DNA of 64,000 bases, from positions 2,574,389 to 2,638,388 of the forward strand of contig CM121343.1 in the NCBI GenBank assembly GCA_051530055.1, written 5' to 3'. Below the pieces are notes generated by a model that made no database searches, had not been told where the DNA came from, and worked only from the letters and a program-made list of their open reading frames with translations. The first letter of the stretch is position 1. Every line of letters begins with the position of its first letter. The translations under genes were made by a program, and so were the position numbers. This document shows, piece by piece, positions 10,700 to 23,900 of the stretch. This stretch comes from Neoechinorhynchus agilis. Taxonomy: Eukaryota; Animalia; Acanthocephala.

Positions 10700-12950
10700 T
10701 TGATTGTATATAAACACGTTTTATTTATGTAAGAAAAGAACGATCCACACACTTGCCAGCATCTTTCTTTGCTGAAGGTGTCTGGATGACGGATGTTGAA
10801 GGCAAGGGAGGTGGGACTGGTCATTGAAGGGTTGTTAATGTGGGATCGGAGGCTTTGTACAGGAGATGGCCGATTAGGAGTCTTTCCTTGTTCTCCGGTT
10901 AATAAGGAAAGATTGGGCTTGGGGGAAGAAAGATTTTCGGTAGAGGGTGGTACGAGCGAGGGGGGATGAAAAAGGTTGGGGTTACGAGTGTTTACGAAGG
11001 AAGAGTATTTAGAGATGAGGGAAGAAAATTGTGTGGGGGGGGGTTGAAGAAGACGGAGGGCGTTTTTGGAGAAAATGGAGTGGAGGTGGGCGTCGAGGGG
11101 AGGGAGTGAAGTCCCACATATTCTCGCTGCTCTCTTGTGGAAGGTCTCGAGGGAATGGAGAGCATTGACGGAGAGGGCGAGGAAAGTGTATGTAAAGATA
11201 GGGAGGATGACAGAAAGATAAAAGTGAGCAAGGTATTTAGGGGATACGCCAAGACGCCGGAGGACTTTGAGAAGGTAAAGACGAGGATTTGCTTTAGAGA
11301 GGGTCAATGAAATGTGGGCATCCCATTTAAGGTTTTCTTGCAAAATCAGGCCCAGTATTCGGAGAGAAGAGCAGCGTTGGATAGGGAGAGGGAGTGCGTT
11401 TGGAAGTGTGGGGGGCAAGCTCAAAAGATTTGGATAAATTTAGGGAGAGGTTTAGGGTGGAGAACCAGGAAATGAGATGGTTGATCTCGTCCATGGTAGT
11501 GGAGAGGGAGAGAGAGACGGAGATGCGACCTTAATGACTGTGAGGTCATCTGCATAAAGATAATGTTTGGTAGGGGAGTGAGGGGATGGAGGTCATTTAG
11601 AAAAATGTCAAAGAGGAGAGGGGAAAGTACGGCGCCTTGGGGGACCCCTTTAAATATGGACAGAGAAGAGGAACAAGAAGTTCCACATTGGATATATTGT
11701 TTGCGGTTGGAGAGGAAAGAGGAAATTCAAGCGAGTTGCCAGGTTGGGAGGCTAAAGGAAGCACATGATTGGATGAGAAAGGAGTGATCTACCGACTCGA
11801 ACGCCCTGGAAATATCCAGTTGCACGAGACGGACGGTTGATTCTAGATTGGAATCTAAGCTGCGCACAAGCGTATCGTAGATGCAGAGGAGGGCGTCAGA
11901 ACAAGAGTAATTGGGACGGAAAGCGAATTGGGAAGGGGAGGTGTTTTTGAGGAAGAAGGGAAGTAGGCGGGTTTTAAAACATTTTTCTAAGATTTTAGAG
12001 AAAGGTGAGAGGATAGAGATGGGACGAAAGGATGTGGGGAAAAACGGCTTATCGTTTTTGGGTATGGGGACGACAGGGCTTCCTTAATACACGATGGGAA
12101 AGAGCCCAATAGAAAGCTAAGGTTCGTTTTTGCGTTGGAGGATCGATAAGTTCCGGGATGATGAAACGAATGGCACAATTTGGGATAGTCGAATTAGGGA
12201 AAGAATTGCGCGGCAGGCGTTTAAGGATCCCTAGGATTTCGAGAGGGGAAACTGAGGAAAAGGCATGTATGAATGGACGGGTCAAAAAATGAGAAGGGAG
12301 GTTGGGACAATGGATGGGAGGTTTGGGGAGTTAAGGATTGAGAGGCGTTCAGATTTTGGGAGAGATGCGAAGGGGGTGGATCTACCAAGACCAGCTACAT
12401 TTTTTATTTCATGCCACCAGTTTCGATTGGGAACGGACGAGAGACGAGATGAGATTAATAGTTTGCGGGCTATACGGATTACCTGACCGGAAAGCTTCGG
12501 TGATCTGCATTTGAAGGGTTTTTAGAAAAGGCGAGAACCATGAAGAGTCGCGGTTCGAGATTCGTATTGTTTTGCGAGGAAAGGAGGCCTTCATCGCAGA
12601 TTTTATAAGATCTAACAAAGAGCCCGTTGCAATCGAGGAGTCGGGGCCAAAGATGGTAGAGCGGTTTTGCGTGATAAGAGAATTGGCACATGCAGCAAAG
12701 GATTGGGTATGATGATCACGTTTATCCCAGAAAACGTAGGGGTCGGAAAGGGAATGTTTTTGAGGTGATGAGGGAGAAAGAAGGATCGAACAATGGTCAG
12801 ACGAGGCGATCGGGGAAGTTTGGTAGTGCACGAATATTGCCTGATGTTTGAGAAAATTTTATATAGGCGGGAGGAGAAGCGTGTAGGGAAAGTAACGAGT
12901 TGGGAGAGATGTTCCAGTCCCATGATTGATTAAGTTTTCTTTTTAAATGG
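10700..12950 (-). mobile_element. Degenerate CR1/L2-like LINE ORF2 (APE end plus RT), multiple frameshifts
   Basis: LSQLVTFPTR, SDHCSIL, GVPQGAVLSPLLF, YADDL-encoding sequence near 11545-11560, LRILGLILQENLKWDAHI; AATAAA near the 3' end. Confidence 0.9.
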
Positions 12951-13093
12951 ACACTTGGGTTAGATGTTGTAATACTAAACAAAATCTTTATTTCCGCGCT
13001 TTCACAGTCTTACGGCTTCCTCAGGAATCTACAATGGCACGTAGAAATGTGAAGTTTGTTAAACAAGCGACAACGAAGCGGAAAGTTCGTCCC

Positions 13094-13592
13094 GTCAAAG
13101 TTTCGACGGTACTTCATCCAAAAAGAAGTACTGCATTTCCATAATAGCATTTGCAAGATTAATTCGCTCAGTTCTCATGTATATAGCGTATAAAACTATC
13201 ACATCTCAGCGATAACGGAAGATGAAACAATTTTCCTTTTGCATTTTAGTAATCGTTAGGTAAATCAAAGATAAATCTGGTTATTTTGGTTACTTGTAAA
13301 TACCCGAGAGAGAGAAATCGTTAAAGTCGAATGTGTATTTTGACAGATTGAATCAATCATTATGATCACAGCCACACATCATGAGAGTTCATATGACTCG
13401 GGAACCCGAGATCGTCGGGTTCGATAAGACTAAAGTTTTCTGTATAGAACAGAGAAAATTTCATCGACTCATTAAAGAGTGCCAGGTAACAAAGCAAAAA
13501 TTTCCCTCGAATTTTCGTTAGTTTTAATCTAAATACACTCAGGGAGGTAGATCTTCGCCTTTGATAATGATTCAATCAGTCGAGATCTATTA
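13094..13592. repeat. 499-bp direct repeat, copy 2
   Basis: Apparently identical to 6390-6888. Confidence 0.95.
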
Positions 13593-16172
13593 AAATTTAA
13601 GAATCTCACGGTTGTTCGTGATCGACTATAAAATTAAGGATTTATGTCACAACTTCGGTGACCACTCGGTAAATAATTTGTTATTAAAAACGTTTCGAAC
13701 CTCGGCAGGTTCATCATCGATTTATTTGCCACAATGACTACAAGCACAAGGCCAATATTAAACTGCAAGCTACATTGAGAATCTAAAAAATGTGACACCC
13801 AATACGGTTAATAGCAGTGGAAATGTAGCACTGGTAAACGGAGGACCGACTATCAACGTAAAACCACGTTACGAGTCCAAACCCATTGGCGATATCATGA
13901 TTTTTGATCACTTTCCATTTGGTTATAGTAGTCATTATTCTAGCCACTGCGGATCTATAAAATGCAAGATGATCATTCCGGGCAAACAGTATTTCGTATA
14001 AACCCAAGATCAACATCTAACATGGGACATAAAGTCGCAGCGCACTTTTAGCCATTTTAAATATATCAGGCATTTGTTATTTTGTTTAATTTTAAATATT
14101 TCTGAAAGTTAATTTGATCTAACTACGATTTTTCCTCAGTTATGTAGAACGATAACATTGGTTCTTCGCGCAAATTCCTTTTGATAATTTATTGCATTGC
14201 TTGAAAGAGAGAGAAAACGGGCATTCATGGTAATCGTTAAATTTATGGAATGCTCACAAAATCGTTATTATAAATGTTTGTTTCGGACGGAAAAATTGAA
14301 GGAATTTTTCCTGCAAATATTTAAAACTGTTGCCTAATTGGTCTTCTATTAAATAGATGCGTGCATTACTCTGAACCTTAATTTTAATTACAGTGTACCA
14401 CCTTTCCTGTTTCCAACCTTAAAAAATTACAGAATGCATCCATTGACCTGGCTTTTTATTCGTTTGATCATTAAATTTTAGTCTGCAATTAAATACTAAG
14501 CGTCTCCTCTTTCGCTTTTGGTTTTGAATTGTAGTGTGAGCCTTTACATTTAATGTTTAATAAATAAAAAAAATTCATATTGAATGCTATTTGCATAAAC
14601 GAAAATAAGGTGCTTCAGGTAAGCATGAGATAGATTTCGTTGAAGGGGAGACATCGAGATTGTCACGTTGAAAGACGTGTATGTATCAATGAAAACTGGT
14701 GTACTTCTCAATTCCTTCTAATCTTTCTCATTTGAAGCATCTCACAATTATAGCAGTCATTTCGCTTAGAGAGCCGTTCAAATTTACGTTTAAAAAATGG
14801 TTTTTAAGGTGCTTATTGTTTACATGATAAATCCGCGTTCATCATCAAATGTGTAAATAATGTGATTAGTTGCATTCACACACACACACATTCAATGGAT
14901 CATATCGAAGTTCTTGCCTGTGCCACGGATTTTCCCAACTACAAAAACAGGTTTATTTAAACATCAAACTCTCTTATTCTGCTGATGACTATGAGATTTC
15001 GATACCATGTCGAGCGTCACGGATTTCTGAGTGTTAATGAGTGTGTTAAAGGTTAACTTTTTGTCTTTAGGGATTCATTTTAAGACTATAATCATTTCGA
15101 AAATATTAAAAGACCTGTTAGGTCACGCACAATTAATCAACGCCTTTTGCCTTGATTAGACATTTCTCGCCTATATCTCACGTCTACTCCCATCGTGTGC
15201 AAGTGCGAAATTGCACGGGCCATGTACAACATTAGACTCGGCGTGTGGAGTCGAAAACGTTAGGTTTCGTGAGGTGCACTAATGGAACAGTTATTCTCTA
15301 ACCAAATGCCGCCGGTCTTAAAGGTTCAATGTATTAAAAAATCTTTTATATCTTGATCTTAGTCATTTTGCTATTTTCCTTAGCTCCTGCGCTCTGTCAC
15401 TTGCTCTGACTCACAAAAAGCTCCTCTCATTTTGTCTATGCATGTACGCACAGCTGCAGCCGCCGCACTTTCGCTGTATTTTTAACTTTCTAATTTATTG
15501 AGCACTACTTTTAAATTCATTTTCACCGCTCTCAGGCCGAAATTGCACATCCTAACGCAACTTGGTTACTCACACATCTTCATTATAATCCACTCATGTG
15601 AAAAAGGTCCTTCTACTTGAACCTGTCTCTTTTACATTCCTCTTCCTAAAAACACAATGTTATTCCTCTGCTTTCTCTCCTTATTAGGCATCCTTATCAA
15701 TCGTCGCTAATGATGAACCTGTCCGTTTCGATATGGGAATTGTTAAACCTATAAATTGACAAAAGATTGGTCATACTGATTCTGTCATGATGTTACATGG
15801 ATAACAAGCAATGTTATGAGCCAACTTGGTAATCACACAGATAATATCAATCGTTTTGTGCGTATTCGTCTGGCTTCCCGAATCCAAGGCAGATGCATAC
15901 CATCGTCGTACCAATCACACACATTCGCACACTAACAGAAAAAAAGGAGTATTCGATCATCAATGCCGCGTTCACTCATGTACACTGCGCTTGTCACCAC
16001 TCATAGAATCAATATAATAACCACACGTAGTCGGTGTAAACGTTTTCGTTTGAACACAGCCCTCGCGTTTTTTTGTGTGTGTGTGAATCCAAAACAGCTA
16101 AATTGGCTCGGGTTGTTTAATCGCTCACTGCTCCCTAGCCTCTTAGTTCATCAATCACTACTTCTTAGAACT

Positions 16173-18141
16173 ATGCTGAGCGGTAACGATCCTGCTGCAA
16201 TGGTAATGGCTCAGCAACTCTTCGAAGCAGCACAATATCAACAATCACAGAATCAATCAGCTGCTGGCTTCTACCCCACACGAACTCAACAAGCTCAGTC
16301 AATGCAGCCAGCTTATTTTATAAGTCCTTTTCTTGCACAAGGTGCCGCTCCCAATCTAATGTCAATTGACAATAGTAACAGTGGCGGTTATCTTTCACAA
16401 GTCACAAATCCGTTTGCTGCTGCTCTTGCTTCTGCTGCTCAACAATACGCTACAAGCGTACCTGCACTACAATTCTTGACTGCAATCGCTTCAACGAGCA
16501 ATAACGGTCAATTCAATTCTAATGGGGCTACTCGAGCAGATAGGCTAGAGGTGAGAGCATCGCCATCGACCATACATGCCATTCACCCGTCTCCCACAAA
16601 ATACATCAATGGGCTCACTGTTACACTCGAGTGTGGTTTAGGTGCCTGGTGCTGACAAAAACCCTATTCAAACGATTGTTGCCTTTCAGCTCACCAGGTC
16701 CCTTGCCTTGGCGACAGTAAGTTAGAAAGCCTAAATGTATCGCCGCTACCTTATCAGCATGCCTGCTTGCATGATTTCTGTCAAAAACATTTGTAGAAAG
16801 TGAAGCTTGTCTTTTCACTCACATTGTAAGCATTCACGCATTGCTCCCGCGAGAAACTTTTCGGACAGATTCGTTGTGTCGTTAGTTCGCAAACCGAACA
16901 TCATTTCATCTGAGCGAATCTGTCAATATCACGTTGGGTCTTTAATGCTAAAAACATAAAAAAAATGTACAGGTCTGCTCACAATATCTTCGAGGAAACT
17001 GTCAGAATGAGGACAACAAATGTCCATTGGCGCATCCTCCTTTAAGTTGTCCAATCGATCGATCAAATAGTCAAGTGACCGTTTGTGTTGATTATGTCAA
17101 GCAAAAGTGTCATCGTGAAGTTTGCAAATACTTTCATCCACCCGACCACCTAGTCGAACAGTTAAGAAGTGGAAGTGGACCAGCTAATGTGGTCGCCGGA
17201 CCCAGTTCAGCGACCGCAGCAGCATATTTAAACTCGAGACGATTTTTACATAACACAATGGCATTGGCTAACAATATTCCATTTGTGCAACCTGGATTAC
17301 CTTTCAATCCCTATGTGGTATCAGCGATACTCGCCAATGATCGGGCTACTCAAATTACCCAGCAGCAACAACAACAACAACAGCAACAACAGCAACAACA
17401 GCAACAACAACAACAACAACAACAACAACAACTAGCATTACAACACCCGGTTACCTCGAACCACGAGCCTGTTTTGGAAGACCAAGTCAACGAGACCATC
17501 AATAGCAGTAGTAGTAGCCACAGCAGCAGTGGCAAGAAGCGGAATTATATTGAGTCCAATCGCCCCTTGGAAGAGTTGGCAGATGAGCAGGGGTTTGTTA
17601 CATCAACACCAAATTCGCAGTGCACGCCACCAAAGCGAGCTGTTATTGATCCTAGAATATTGAGTGATGGTACAAGGAGTATCGTTGGTCCAAATTTTGG
17701 AACTATTCCGATAACTGGTGTGACACCGTCAATTCAACGTGGAGCGTTTGCTGGTCAGAACCTTCATCACATTCAGCTGATGCACAGTAAATTCAATCTT
17801 AAAATTATTCTGTACACGATGTTTATACTTTTAGATCATCTTGCATACCAACAAGGATCAATGAACTTTCAACCAATGACTAGCAGTCAAGCTTCATATC
17901 TACACCCACAGCTCATTAATCTGCCTTACGCATGTGAGTGCCCGTGTTCGCTGCTAGATGCTTGTATGTTCGTCGTTTAGCCATTGGACCATTGTGCTAC
18001 CCATTGCAAACCGCCGGCGGTAATCCTGCTGCGATAGGGCAACCATCAGTTGCACAAAGAGCGCAACAGGTCTTACACAATGCTACCGCTGTCCCTGCTG
18101 CAGCTACGGGGTCTGCCCCAACGCTATATAGCTCTTCTTAG
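16173..18141 (+). CDS. MBNL: Muscleblind-like CCCH RNA-binding protein; exons 16173-16550, 16973-17753, 17835-17933, 17981-18141 (further 5' exons possible)
   Basis: Spliced RADRLE|VCSQYLRGNCQNEDNKCPLAHP...VTVCVDYVKQKCHREVCKYFHPP matches the MBNL ZnF3/4 pair; all three introns are GT-AG and in frame. Confidence 0.93.
17361..17432 (+). repeat. CAA/CAG polyglutamine tract inside muscleblind
   Basis: Mixed CAG/CAA codons giving a run of more than 20 Q in ORF 17027-17980. Confidence 0.95.
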
Positions 18142-18338
18142 ATCAATCTACCACATAAGAAGTAATTTGAAACTGTTCTATATTGATTTTTATTGGTGTG
18201 AATGTAAACGACGAGAGTGCGAAGTCAATTACCCTCAATTTTTTGAAATTTGTCTCCCATCCTCAATTGCTTAAGTGTTAAACCACATTTGTTTTAATTC
18301 TTAATAAATCTATATTTCTGTTTACGTGCACTGCCTGA

Positions 18339-19431
18339 TCAATGAATACATCTCAGCTTTATAGCGCATTTCTTGAGATAGTTCCACATTTGGACGTGCT
18401 TCCTTTTTACTTCCTTTCTATAAGATCGGCAAGTAAGAGTTATGGTATGAAACCAGATAGCCATTATATAATTGTTACAATAAAGAAAGATTCGGTGAAC
18501 TATTATAAGTGTCGATGATAGTTTTTTGTTCTGAAAAACGATATAGACTTTTACCAAACAAAGCAGGAAACCCGCCCAAAATCCAATAGCATGATTCCAA
18601 AATGGAAATAATACTGGCTGAAGCTGCTTGAGCTTTCTGATTCTTGAAACTGTAATATTTGATGTGTCATTGGCGTTATTAATGCAAGTTTGGGACGATT
18701 CATTAAGAGAACGATCCTCTAGCTTTTTGCTCGCCTTGAATTTAACAATAAGAACATCCGTTGATGAAAGCATTGATAGCAGCGATAAGATAGAGAATAC
18801 AAGAGGGATAATAGCTTCATTTGGAAGTGCCATTGGAGGGCACACCCAGTCGCACCCCTTGATTTGGGTCACGTTTGTTTTATTCTTTAAAGTAACTGTT
18901 ATTCCAAAGATTCTGATGCCATATTCGAAACAACCAGAATCCTTGGTTGACATAGAACATATCGTAACACTTAAAAATGTATGAGCTGGCTACTCCGGTT
19001 AGAATAGCCGCTACCCAGCAGATGAGTGTCGCGTAGGTCTTTAGAACCCCTGCTGCTTGTATATGTTTAGAAACATAGCTTCGTGACAAGGACAAGAGAA
19101 ATATAATAAGTCCACATGCAAGGAAGGTTGCCTGATCAATAAATGTGAACATTCGGCATTGGAAGTTTGGAAATGCACGTTTTTTGAGTGGATAAAGATC
19201 GTTCAGAAGCAAAGCCGCTGAAGCATTTAAAAGGAAAGCTGCAGATATGACCGCTACAAACTTCATGCATGTTGAAAAGTACATTGTACGCATTTTCTTT
19301 TCGTTGAATATACTAAAGGCGACAATGTCTCCGTATATTCCGGTAACCAACATTATTGGATTGAGCACGAATGAACAAATTCGCAATGCTTCGCTTGTCC
19401 TCGTGTCGATTTGTAGTGAAAACTCTGTCAT
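18339..19431 (-). CDS. Divergent rhodopsin-like (class A) orphan GPCR; probable 94-nt intron 18951-18858
   Basis: TM1 ending GIYGD..F...KKMR, Cys before TM3, SLSR at the DRY position, hydrophobic TM5-7 and a YRKE helix 8; the GT-AG intron joins the two overlapping ORFs in frame. Confidence 0.75.
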
Positions 19432-20964
19432 TGTAAAGAAAATTGATTGTTGTTGAGATACCTATAGTTTTATTGGCGTTGATGACCACTCGATAGAATG
19501 AAAAGCAGTGCACTTTTCAATACTCAGTGTGTAGAGTGTTGCGTTTAGAGTACTGCAGACAACCGGTGTAAAACACGGGTAGCAACACTGGTGGAATTTA
19601 CATCAGTTTAATGCAGGCAAGGAATTTGTAGTGCTTAGCTCCTGCCTTGCAGGAACAAGTCTACATTATAACGCATTATTTTTCGGCTTTTAGGCAACAA
19701 GTAATGAATTGATGAGCTCAAACCATATTTTTTTTTAAAAAAGCATATTTCCATATTTCTGACTGTATCTTACGGCTAACACGCTCTATTAGGCTTTCTC
19801 TAATACAACTAAAGTTGAAGTCAAACTCTTGCTCGGAATGTGGAAGTGTGATCTAACTTATGTCGATGATTGCCCCAAGCGAGGAATTTAGAAATTTACG
19901 CACTGAAATTTAGCCCAAAGCTATCTAATACAGAAAACAAGTTGATAATGACTGCATGTATCCCTTAGGTACCGAATCAGTGGATGACACCCAGTACAGC
20001 TTAATCAAATGCATCCTGAAAACTCTCGATTTCGTTTATATTTTTCCAAGTGTTATATGCCAAACCGGAATTCCGTCGGTGACGCTCGATTCTGCAATTA
20101 TGATTACTTAATGACATTTCGTCTGCTCGTGCCAAGAAGAGCCGCGAATCGAACTTGACATAGACTATTAGAAATGTAAAATCCCGTGAACTATTTGTGC
20201 CCACTGTTTTTGAGTTAAAAATTATAGCTGTCAACAACCGGGAGTCCTCGACGTATCTTGCCTTTTAAATACTCGTATAATTCTTGATCGAATTTCCCGA
20301 AAAATTCAGCGGCATAATTACCCACAATTAAACGGAATTTATCACCAAATGGTATTCAATTTAATCTACGAAGACTCTGACATGTCATCCCAAAAATCAT
20401 TTGGGTTTCCAGCTCTTTTCTGAAGTTCTATTCACTGCAAATTGTCTGGAAACAAAATTTATCAGTGCACGCTAACATCGGTGATTAAAGTTACAATTAA
20501 ATAAAATATTGGCAGCTTTATTTAAAACAATTTAAGCGCCGGTTAAGTCATGCAACCATATACGCAAAAACGAGTTATCGAAATTTAAATACCACGCAAC
20601 ATGAACGAAACATTTAATGATACAAATGAGATTTTCTTTTAAAAAATTCGACATATCTCCAACCCAATTTTCTGACGATTTTAACAATCAATATCACTGC
20701 CAGAATTTTTCTCGCCTTTGAATGACACTTGAATTGGAAAGCGTACCATATACTATAACAATCAAGGATTCACATTCAACACTTGATAACTACTAAGTGT
20801 CCGGATCGCATGGTGTACACCTAACTAAAAGTCATGTTTGCTATTGACTTAGCCGCACGCCATGTTTTCCGCAAATATACGCATTCTCAGCACTATCGTC
20901 TATTTCCCGTTGCCATTTCTCTAGAGTGTGTACGTGGGGTTTGCCCTTGCTTCTCACGTTTTCA

Positions 20965-23900
20965 GTACATTGTCACATCCTCTCTCCTAAAGGGCAGCTT
21001 CCAAAAAAAATTAAACCTCAGGCAATTCTATTGTTTTTTCTCAGTTCGAAAAGTCAGTACAATGCCGCATCCTCTCTCCCGTAGGGCAGATTTCTAAAGC
21101 GTCTTCTAAAATGTACAATTAATTCTTTTTTGAATAATTTATTTAAAAAAAATACTAACATGGCCTCTTCCTCCCTCTCTCGTAGGGCAGATTTCTAAAG
21201 TGTAGTAGAAAATGTTCAATTAATTCTTTTTTTAATAATTTATTTAAAAAAATACTAACATGGCCTAATCCTCCCTCTCTCGTAGGGCCGATTTCTAAGG
21301 GGTCTTAGAAAATGTACAATTAATTCTTTTTTGAATAATTTGTTTAAAAAAATACGAACATGGCCTCTTACTCCCTCTCTCATAGGGCAGATTTATAAAG
21401 TGTCGTAGAAAATGTACAATTTATTCTTTTTTGAAGAATTTATTTAAAAAAATACGAACATGGCCTCTTCCTCCCTCTCTCATAGGGCAGATTTATAAAG
21501 TGTCGTAGAAAATGTACAATTTATTCTTTTTTGAAGAATTTATTTAAAAAAATACGAACATGGCTTCTTCCTCCCTCTCTCGTAGGGCAAATTTCTAAAG
21601 TGCCTTAGAAAATGTACAATTAATTCTTTTTTGAATAATTTATTTAAAAGAATACTAACATGGCCTCTTCCTCCCTCTCTCTCGTAGGACAAATTTCTAA
21701 AGTGCCTTAGAAAATGTACAATTAATTCTTTTTTGAATAATTTATTTAAAAGAATACTAACATGGCCTCTTCCTCCCTCTCTCGTAGGGCCGATTTCTAA
21801 GGGGTCTTAGAAAATGTACAATTAATTCTTTTTTGAATAATTTGTTTAAAAAAAATACGAACATGGCCTCATCCTAACTCTCTCGTAGGGCAGATTTCTA
21901 AAGTGTCGTAGAAAATGTTCAATTTATTCTTTTTTGAAGAATTTATTTAAAAAAATACGAACATGGCCTCTTCCTCCCTCTCTCATAGGGCAGATTTATA
22001 AAGTGTCGTAGAAAATGTACAATTTATTCTTTTTTGAAGAATTTATTTAAAAAAATACGAACATGGCCTCTTCCTCCCTCTCTCGTAGGGCAAATTTCTA
22101 AAGTGCCTTAGAAAATGTACAATTAATTCTTTTTTGAATAATTTATTTAAAAAAATACGAACATGACCTCATCCTCCCTCTCTCGTAGGGCCGATTTCTA
22201 ATGTGTCGTAGAAAATGTTCAATTAATTCTTTTTTTAATAATTTATTTTAAAAAAATACAAACATGGCCTCATCCTCCCTCTCTCGTAGGGCAGATTTCC
22301 AATGTGCCTTAGAAAATGTAAAGCCAATTATCTCTCTAAATTCTTAATTTGAAAAAGTGCGAAGATGGCCTTATCCTCCTTCTCTCGTAGGGCAGATTTC
22401 TAAAGTGTCGTAGAAAATGTTCAATTAATTCTTTTTTGAATAATTTATTTAAAAAATACGAACATGGCCTCATCCTCCCTCTCTCGTAGGGCCGATTTCT
22501 AAGGGGTCTTAGAAAATGTACAATTAATTCTTTTTTGAATAATTTATTTAAAAAAATACGAACATGGCCTCATCCTCCCTCTCTCGTAGGGCAGATTTAT
22601 AAAGTGTCGTAGAAAATGTACAATTAATTATTTTTTGAATAATTTGTTTAAAAAAAATACGAACATGGCCTCATCCTCCCTCTCTCGTAGTGCAGATTTT
22701 AAGGTGCCTCAGAAAATGTACAATTAATTATTTTTTGAATAATTTGTTTAAAAAAAATACGAACATGGCCTCATCCTCCCTCTCTCGTAGGACAGATTTT
22801 AAGGTGCCTCAGAAAATGTACAATTAATTATTTTTTGAATAATTTGTTTAAAAAAATACGAACATGGCCTCTTCCTCCCTCTCTCGTAGGGCAGATTTTT
22901 AAAGTGTCGTAGAAAATGTACAGCCAATTATCTCTCTGAATTCTTAATTTGAAAAAGTGTGAAGATGTACTTATCTTCCTTCTCTCGTGGGGCAGATTTC
23001 TAGTGTCTTAGAAAATGTACAGCCAATTATCTCTCTAAATTCTTAATTTGAAAAAGTGCGAAGATGGCCTTGTCCTCCCTCTCTCGTAGGGCAGAAATCT
23101 AAAGTGTCTTATAAAATCTACAGTTAATTCTTTTTTGAATTCTTAATTTGAAAAAGTGCGAAGATGGCCTTATTCTCCTTCCTCTCATAGGGCCGATTTC
23201 TAAAGTGTTTTATAAAATGTAAAGCCAATTATCTCTCTGAATTCTTAATTTGAAAAAGTGCGAAGATGGCCTTATTCTCCTTTCTCTCATAAGGCAGATT
23301 TCTAAAGTGTTTTATAAAATGTAAAGCCAATTATCTCTCTGAATTCTTAATTTGAAAAAGTGTGAAGATGTACTTATCTTCCTTCTCTCGTGGGGCAGAT
23401 TTCTAGTGTCTTAGAAAATGTACAGCCAATTATCTCTCTAAATTCTTAATTTGAAAAAGTGCGAAGATGGCCTTATTCTCCTTCCTCTCATAGGGCAGAT
23501 TTCTAAAGTGTTTTATAAAATGTAAAGCCAATTATCTCTTTGAATTCTTAATTTGAAAAAGTGCGAAGATGGCCTTATTCTCCTTCCTCTCATAAGGTAG
23601 ATTTCTAAAGTGTTTTATAAAATGTAAAGCCAATTATCTCTTTGAATTCTTAATTTGAAAACGTCAGTACATTGCGGCATCTTCTCTCTCGTAGTGTAGA
23701 TTTCTAGTGTCTTATAAAATGTACAGCCAATTATCTCTCTAAATTCTTAATTTGAAAGTGTGAAGATGTACTTATCTTCCTTCTCTCGTGGGGCAGATTT
23801 CTAAAGTGTCTTAGAAAATGTACAGCCAATTATCTCTTTGAATTCTTAATTTGAAAACGTCAGTACATTGCGGCATCTTCTCTCTCGTAGTGTAGAATTC

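Noticed and set aside
14630-14700. SLKGR peptide as a lost muscleblind ZnF2 exon
   Set aside because: Cys/His spacing is wrong and the match is too short.
18880-18953. Frameshifted GPCR pseudogene
   Set aside because: A 94-nt GT-AG intron (18951-18858) joins the two ORFs in frame.
18628-18984. Plus-strand 118-aa ORF, and similar shadow ORFs over CK1, Sp and LYST-like exons
   Set aside because: Antisense shadows of well-supported genes with no motifs of their own.
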